In this document: one piece after another, positions 26,359 through 32,000 of the stretch | How positions within the stretch are numbered: position 1 is the first letter of the stretch | Layout of the letters: each line of letters starts with the position of its first letter | From: Candidatus Harpocratesius repetitus | GTDB taxonomy: Archaea > Asgardarchaeota > Lokiarchaeia > Sigyniarchaeales > Promethearchaeaceae | Length of the DNA: 32,000 nt | Reading direction: 5' to 3' | Assembly (NCBI GenBank): GCA_021498095.1 | Contig: JAIZWK010000001.1 | Span: 3,990,001 to 4,022,000, forward strand | Made by a program: the position numbers and the translations under genes | Notes under the pieces: generated by a model | What the model was told of the DNA's origin: nothing | Databases searched by the model: none | The model's input: the letters and a program-made list of their open reading frames with translations, nothing else

Positions 26359-26495
26359 TCTTGAACCTTAATTGGTGTTGATAAGTGTTAATAAGTTTTT
26401 TTTCCATATTTTTTATATAAGCTTTTTAATACTCTTTATAATAATCGAATCACAATATTTCGATAAATTCTTATAATGAGCAAACTCTACTTTAT

Positions 26496-27458
26496 TTGAA
26501 ATACATGTCCGAGAGTAGCATAATCAAAATTAATCATCTGACTAAAAAATTTGGAGATTTCACCGCAGTTAATGATATTTCCTTCAATGTATATCAAGGT
26601 GAAATTTTAGGAATCCTTGGCCCAAATGGAGCGGGAAAAACAACAACAATCAGGATGATCACCGGCGTTTTTCATGTGAATAAATCAAATTGTATAAAAG
26701 TGAATGGCATAGATATTTTAGAATCACCGGAGTATAAATCCCATTTTGGAATTGTTCCTGAAGTAAGTAATGCTTATCTTGACTTTACAGTGTGGCAAAA
26801 TCTTAATTTTTCAGGTTTACTTTATGGAATGAGCAAATCAGAAATAGAAAAACAGGGTACACGGCTGCTTAAACTTTATGGCCTTGAAGAAAAAAGAAAT
26901 GCAATAACAAAATCTCTCTCGAAAGGATTGAAGCAACGCCTTAACTTTTGTATGGCGTTAATTCATGATCCAAATGTTTTAATACTAGATGAGCCAACAA
27001 CTGGTTTAGATCCACTCTCTGTTCGTCTACTAAGAAGCCAAATTTTAGAACTTCAAAAAGAAGGAAAAACAATATTAATTACCACTCATGATTTACGTGA
27101 AGCTGAAAAAGTTTGCAATAGAATATTAATTCTTTATCGTGGAAAAATAATTGCTGATGAAACACCTGAAAATCTAAGAAGGAAATTCAAATCAGAAACA
27201 GTAATTACTTTGGAATTTGATCCCAAACCTAATAATTGGGAATATATACTAAAAGAATTACGTGATAAATTTAGAGCAGAGCAGAAAAATGGAATAATTC
27301 ATATCATAAGCGAAAATGTTCTTCAAGATATGGCATCGTTGTATGATTTTGTTCAAAATAAGAATCTAAACTTGGAAAAAATCAAAGTAATTGAACCAAC
27401 TTTGGAAGATGCATTTATAGATCTCATCCAAAATCAACAAAAATCTGAAAAATTATAA
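26496..27458 (+). CDS. ABC-2 type transporter ATP-binding protein (likely start ATG 26505)
   Basis: Walker A GPNGAGKTT, signature LSKGLKQR, Walker B LILDEPTTGLDP, H-loop TTHDL, and C-terminal EPTLEDAF. Confidence 0.95.
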   Translation: MKYMSESSIIKINHLTKKFGDFTAVNDISFNVYQGEILGILGPNGAGKTTTIRMITGVFHVNKSNCIKVNGIDILESPEYKSHFGIVPEVSNAYLDFTVWQNLNFSGLLYGMSKSEIEKQGTRLLKLYGLEEKRNAITKSLSKGLKQRLNFCMALIHDPNVLILDEPTTGLDPLSVRLLRSQILELQKEGKTILITTHDLREAEKVCNRILILYRGKIIADETPENLRRKFKSETVITLEFDPKPNNWEYILKELRDKFRAEQKNGIIHIISENVLQDMASLYDFVQNKNLNLEKIKVIEPTLEDAFIDLIQNQQKSEKL

Positions 27459-27489
27459 TAAGTCAAAGAAAATCGGAGGATTACTGAAA

Positions 27490-28329
27490 TTGAATTCAAA
27501 AATATTAACTAAAACATCATTAAAAACAAAAAAATCGATTATTTCACCTCAACATATTCGAATTAAACGAATTTTAGCATTAACCCAGAAAAATATAACA
27601 CTTTACATTAAAAAAGGACCAGTAATTGTATTTGGCTTACTTTTCCCCTTTTTTATTGCACTTTCGTGGATTATAGGTCGAAATCTATCAGTATATCAAG
27701 TATTTGTGGGAATACTCTCAATGACATCATTCTTCACGGCTACAGCTATCAGCCCTGTTGTAATTCCAATCGAAACCAGAGAGAAATCTTTGGAACGAAT
27801 CCTTTCATCTCCTTTGAGAATCTCTGATATAATTTTAGGAATCATTATTGGTTCAAGTATATATGCATTTTTAGTTTCAATGTTTGTATTTGTTGTATTT
27901 CTACCATTTCTTCCAGCAGGAACAATTACCTTTATCGAATCACTTGAAGTTATACTTGGAATCTTTCTGATGAGTATTTTGGGTTCTGTTATGGGGGTTT
28001 TAGTCTCAGCATTACCAACTGACATGACCTCAAATGTCATGGTCCTCATGAATTTAATCAAGTTTCCATTGCTTTTTATTAGTGGTATCTTCTTTTCAAT
28101 CTCAAATATGACCCCAGTAGGCAGAATATTTGTTCATTTTTCCCCAATTACCTATATTGTGGACATTTTATGGAACATAACCACATCTCAAAATGTTTTT
28201 TCAATATGGTTCGATCTTGGTATGCTACTGGTTTGGATTATTGTTCTATATTTTGTTACTCAAAAAATCCATCAAATAACTTTACAAAAACGAATTTCAC
28301 TTGGGGGAAAACGCCCAGCAAGAGATTAA
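27490..28329 (+). CDS. ABC-2 type transporter permease
   Basis: About 6 TM helices with E...SLERILSSP, FISGIFF and SPITY motifs. It follows the ATPase gene. Confidence 0.92.
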   Translation: MNSKILTKTSLKTKKSIISPQHIRIKRILALTQKNITLYIKKGPVIVFGLLFPFFIALSWIIGRNLSVYQVFVGILSMTSFFTATAISPVVIPIETREKSLERILSSPLRISDIILGIIIGSSIYAFLVSMFVFVVFLPFLPAGTITFIESLEVILGIFLMSILGSVMGVLVSALPTDMTSNVMVLMNLIKFPLLFISGIFFSISNMTPVGRIFVHFSPITYIVDILWNITTSQNVFSIWFDLGMLLVWIIVLYFVTQKIHQITLQKRISLGGKRPARD

Positions 28330-28384
28330 ATATAGAACCGATCCACATCTATACATTAACAATAAGAGGAATATTCTTAAAAAA

Positions 28385-29119
28385 ATGGAACATCAACAGA
28401 AGAAAAATGCACACAATCCCTTTTCTGACCAAAAAATTGCTGAAAACTATGAATCATTTTATTTAACTACTGTTGGGCATATCTATGATCGTTTGGAAAA
28501 AGAAGCAGTAATATCTCTTTTAAAACAATATTCCAGTGATTCAACGCAATCTTTACTTGAAATTGGATGTGGAACAGGGCATTGGACCACTTTTTTTCAT
28601 AGTTTGGGTTATCAATCTTTTGGAATAGATAGTTCTGAAGCCATGCTTCAAATCGCGCGAAAAAATAGCCATGAAGAAATTTTATATATGAAGGCAAATG
28701 CAGAGAATTTTTCTATTAATCCGCCATTTCCTCCAGAATTTGATATAATCGCTTTTATTACTTCATTAGAATTTATGAATTCCCCATTTAAGATAATTAA
28801 ACATACACTCGGATATTTAAGAAAAAACGGTCTGCTATTATTTGGATTATTGAATGCGGATTCATATCTTGGGCGTCAGAGAAAAAAAGAGCCTTCAATT
28901 TATACAAATGCTCATTTTTTTACAGAAAGCGAACTTATTACAATTAAAGAAGCACTAGAATCTTATCTTGGAATAACAATTGATGAATTTAAAATTCAAC
29001 ACTGTGCATTTGCGAAACCTTCTGAAATCAAAGAAGGAAAAGCAGATCAAATTGAAAAGGAAAGAAAGAAAATGAATCATAAAAATGGTAATTTTATTAC
29101 TGCGATTTTTAAAATATAG
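28385..29119 (+). CDS. Class I SAM-dependent methyltransferase (the track start at 28301 overlaps the permease; ATG 28385 preferred)
   Basis: Motif I LLEIGCGTGHW, motif II GIDSSEAML, and later FDII...TSLEF. Confidence 0.9.
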   Translation: MEHQQKKNAHNPFSDQKIAENYESFYLTTVGHIYDRLEKEAVISLLKQYSSDSTQSLLEIGCGTGHWTTFFHSLGYQSFGIDSSEAMLQIARKNSHEEILYMKANAENFSINPPFPPEFDIIAFITSLEFMNSPFKIIKHTLGYLRKNGLLLFGLLNADSYLGRQRKKEPSIYTNAHFFTESELITIKEALESYLGITIDEFKIQHCAFAKPSEIKEGKADQIEKERKKMNHKNGNFITAIFKI

Positions 29120-29140
29120 TATTAAGGATGGTGGAAAAAT

Positions 29141-29401
29141 ATGAATATAAACGCAGAATTTGCATTTTATCCATTGGGATTGGAAAATTTTAAAGAAATC
29201 GTAAATCAAGTTATTGGAGATTTATCAAACAATAATCTGCAAATTATATATACCACTGTTTCTACAATTCTTTATGGAGAAAGTGAAAAGATAATAGAAA
29301 TAATCAAAAAAATCATCAATGTATATTTTAATAAATACCAGGCAGTACTTGAAGTAAAATTCTCCAATGCTTGCCCAAAACCAAAATTTTCATCTTCTTA
29401 A
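29141..29401 (+). CDS. YkoF/MTH1187-like thiamine-binding protein family
   Basis: 86-aa ferredoxin-like pattern: AEFAFYPLG...VST.LYGE.E.I...VLEVKF. Confidence 0.7.
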   Translation: MNINAEFAFYPLGLENFKEIVNQVIGDLSNNNLQIIYTTVSTILYGESEKIIEIIKKIINVYFNKYQAVLEVKFSNACPKPKFSSS

Positions 29402-29509
29402 TCACTTCTATTCACTGAAAGAAGTAAATACCACGTAAATAGAGAAGAAAGAAAATAGAAAAATATATATTAAAAAAATTTCAAAATTAATTTCAAAAAA
29501 TGTCTAAAT

Positions 29510-31405
29510 TCAGTTATTTTGTAATTCTTCTGGAAGAATTATGCTTTTACCTTTATTATCTTTTAATGCATGAAGCTGAGAACGAATACGTTCCAATTCA
29601 TTCCAGAATTCATCAGGCATTTCTGGTTCATCCTTAAACAAGGCTTCCATACGATCATATTTTGCCAAATAGCGATCAATTTTCAAGGAAAATTGTGCGT
29701 TGTATTCTTCTTTGCTGTAAATTCTTCCATCGAATACAGCAGCAAATAAGGAACGCAAATCGTCATATTTAGGAATAACACCTATTGGTGTTTCAATACC
29801 ATCATAATCTCCATGAACTCGCCCCTCAGCCCAGAGCAACCATACTTTCTTATCTAATTTGGTGTTAAGATATTTTCCATCTGCATCCTTTAAGAAATAG
29901 TTTGTAGAAAAGACTTTAGGGCATTTTTTCAGTTTTTTCCCAAATTTCAAATGATTTTTAAAATATTTTCCTAATGGAACGATAATAAAATCCATATTTG
30001 CCATTGGACTGGATTTTCGCACTCCTTCTTGTCCTAATGTAGCAGATGTTGTTTCAGATTCAATAGTTGCTCCAATAAACACACCATGCTCCCAATTCAG
30101 ACTTTCAGCAATCGGGACTGTTGTATCCGAATCTCTTCCACCGTAAAGGATCCCTGATACCGGTGCACCTTCAGGATCATGTAATTTTTCATCAATATTT
30201 TCTAATTCATCAATTCTTACAGTAAACCTTGCATTTGGATGGGATATTGGAATTTCTTTTCCATTAGAATCTTTCATTCCCTTTTTCCATTTCCCTGCAT
30301 GATTCCAACCTTCAGTAGGATATTCATCCACACCCATTCCAGTCCAATAAACTTTACCTTCATCAGTGGTTAGAACATTTGAGAAAATAACTTCTTTCGG
30401 AGTTGTAATTGCTTTATAGATAACCGGATCATCTTTAGGATTAACATCTTTAATAATTCCAAAAATACCTTGTTCAATGTTGACAGCCCGCATGTCTCCA
30501 TCTTTTCCTTCTCGAATGTAAACAATATCATCCCCTACGATTGTAGCACCAGGAATCATTGCAGTACTTGTTTTACCACAAGCAGATGGATAAGCGCCGG
30601 TGAAATAGGTTTTCCTACTTCTATCTAATGGATAAAAAGCAGAAAGAAACATATGTTCTGCTAACCAATCAGAATGATTTGCTCGATAAATTGCCAAACG
30701 CAGAGCAAGTTTTTTGCAAGCTAAACTGTTTCCTGCATATTGGTTATTTACGGAAAATACGCGATATTCTAAAGGATCAATATATATTCTTCGTTTGTCA
30801 ACGTTTTTTGTACAATTACGTTCATCCAATTCCCCAGCTGAATGCCAAAAATAAAAGAAATCATTTTTGTCTATTAAGTGCTGTCGAAATTGTTCATATC
30901 CTGGACGATAGAGCAAATCTTCAGAATGTCCAACATAAAAGCTGTCTGTGATTTGGAGAGTCGGAATAGCAAACCGCGAATGAGTGGGTCCAAGACAGAA
31001 AAATCGTACAACCATGACCTTATTTCGCATAGCACCATCCATTATTGACAATATTTCTTTAAGCCCTTGTTCCCGTTCAATCACATTTAACCCTCGACTT
31101 AATGTCTCCCCTTTAGGTAAGAGTGTAGCAGTATGCGCTTTATCACGGGCTTGATCATGGTAACCATCATAATGTATGGTGTGTCCATCAATTTTTAATC
31201 GTTTTTCTTCTTGGTAGTCAATAGCTAATTGACGAAAACGTTGAATCTCTTCAAGACTATCAGTGAAGACCATCACTTTTGCAGGTTTCATTAATTCAAT
31301 TGCATCTTTAACAACTTTTTCAACCTTTGGATTATTAAGTGCTGCAAGTTTAGCTTGATCCTCAGGACTTATTTCATATTCATGCATTATTTTTTCCTCA
31401 TTCAC
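29510..31405 (-). CDS. pckG: GTP-dependent phosphoenolpyruvate carboxykinase
   Basis: Motifs YAGNSLACKKLALRLA, WLAEHM, GAYPSACGKTSTAM, VGDDI, NIEQGIFGI, HPNARFT, YGGRDS and NYFL. Confidence 0.97.
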   Translation of the reverse strand: MNEEKIMHEYEISPEDQAKLAALNNPKVEKVVKDAIELMKPAKVMVFTDSLEEIQRFRQLAIDYQEEKRLKIDGHTIHYDGYHDQARDKAHTATLLPKGETLSRGLNVIEREQGLKEILSIMDGAMRNKVMVVRFFCLGPTHSRFAIPTLQITDSFYVGHSEDLLYRPGYEQFRQHLIDKNDFFYFWHSAGELDERNCTKNVDKRRIYIDPLEYRVFSVNNQYAGNSLACKKLALRLAIYRANHSDWLAEHMFLSAFYPLDRSRKTYFTGAYPSACGKTSTAMIPGATIVGDDIVYIREGKDGDMRAVNIEQGIFGIIKDVNPKDDPVIYKAITTPKEVIFSNVLTTDEGKVYWTGMGVDEYPTEGWNHAGKWKKGMKDSNGKEIPISHPNARFTVRIDELENIDEKLHDPEGAPVSGILYGGRDSDTTVPIAESLNWEHGVFIGATIESETTSATLGQEGVRKSSPMANMDFIIVPLGKYFKNHLKFGKKLKKCPKVFSTNYFLKDADGKYLNTKLDKKVWLLWAEGRVHGDYDGIETPIGVIPKYDDLRSLFAAVFDGRIYSKEEYNAQFSLKIDRYLAKYDRMEALFKDEPEMPDEFWNELERIRSQLHALKDNKGKSIILPEELQNN

Positions 31406-31796
31406 GGTAATCAGGTTATTTTTTTTTAAATCTTAACTTCACTTGATAAATAAGTATTAGGAAAAAAGAGCGCGAAAGTTAAAAATGTTTTTCAAAATCA
31501 TATTTTTTAATGCATTTTTTCCAACTAAAGAGCATGTTTTGAATGAGATCTAACCACAACCATGGGTTATAAGTGGGAGAAATCTTTTAATGGAAAATCA
31601 AATTCCTTTTTTTTAAAAAAAAAGATCTCTTTAGGTAAGAAATCTTTAACATAGCTGTTCTAAAAATTTATAAAGTTCCGGCTTTTTTACTATTATATTG
31701 CAGAAGCATCAATTTTTTGTAATACATATTCGTATAAAGGAATCTTCTTTCTATTTATAAAAAAAAGTAAAAAGAATTGTTTAGGAGTAAATGTGA

Positions 31797-32000
31797 GTGT
31801 TAGAAAATATCTTTTTAATATCATTTGAACTTAAAGATGGTAATCTCCATCCAAATCTTTCATCAACTTCTGCATCCATACAAAAAAAAAAGACATACAT
31901 TGCATATCCTGATGATGTTATATTAAATTCTTCGCATAATTTCATGCAGCTAATAAAATTGAATCAAGAAAGAGTTCTTCTTCAACATTACGAAAAAAAA
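31797..32000 (+). CDS. Partial hypothetical protein running off the window edge, absent from the ORF track
   Basis: GTG at 31797 lies 9 nt after AGGAG (31783-31787). The frame is open for 68 codons to the edge: MLENIFLISFELKDGNLHPNL... Confidence 0.6.
   Translation, partial: MLENIFLISFELKDGNLHPNLSSTSASIQKKKTYIAYPDDVILNSSHNFMQLIKLNQERVLLQHYEKK

Noticed and set aside
1142-28697. Many 60-135 aa ORFs antisense to or overlapping long genes (e.g. 1142-1390, 1694-1876, 4562-4966, 10748-10960, 12039-12284, 14920-15138, 22119-22319, 27696-28061, 28170-28466, 28467-28697)
   Set aside because: They are shadow frames of well-supported CDSs, with no motifs or independent initiation signals.
31406-31796. 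390-bp intergenic region with a T8A9 palindrome (31607-31623) and AGAAATCTTT repeated 60 bp apart
   Set aside because: These low-complexity AT-rich matches are compatible with chance, and no ORF or TIR pair was found.
1-32000. CRISPR arrays, tRNA/rRNA genes and pyl/sel recoding genes
   Set aside because: I saw no regularly spaced repeats, cloverleaf or rRNA-like GC-rich blocks, or recoding machinery by eye. A tRNAscan-SE or Infernal run would be needed to exclude small RNAs.

Overview
AT-rich window from an Asgard archaeon, most likely Lokiarchaeia. This is inferred from the gene content: a two-domain gelsolin with an LxDV-type linker, a TFB paralogue, a group II chaperonin, CDC48 and zinc-ribbon membrane proteins. 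It is mostly housekeeping and metabolic: partial yggS, thermosome, GK5-like glycerol kinase, Lgt-like protein, cdc48 plus a Phr/HSR1-like regulator, DEDDh exonuclease, LysE, an ABC-2 pair, a methyltransferase, a YkoF-like protein and GTP-PEPCK. There are two accessory or decaying patches: a 553-bp non-autonomous IS derivative at 2554-3106, and an orphan island at about 16700-19300 that contains an amber-interrupted LRR-like frame. The most striking observations are: (1) a stand-alone ~62-aa Zn-ribbon microprotein that is 68% identical to the C-terminal domain of the gelsolin encoded tail-to-tail next to it; (2) a membrane-anchored GH26-like hydrolase whose barrel appears circularly permuted; (3) an Lgt-like protein with substituted catalytic positions upstream of a GK5-like kinase; (4) a single in-frame TAG joining two called ORFs. 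I saw no rRNA, tRNA or CRISPR array. All family assignments come from motif recognition by eye; no searches were run.
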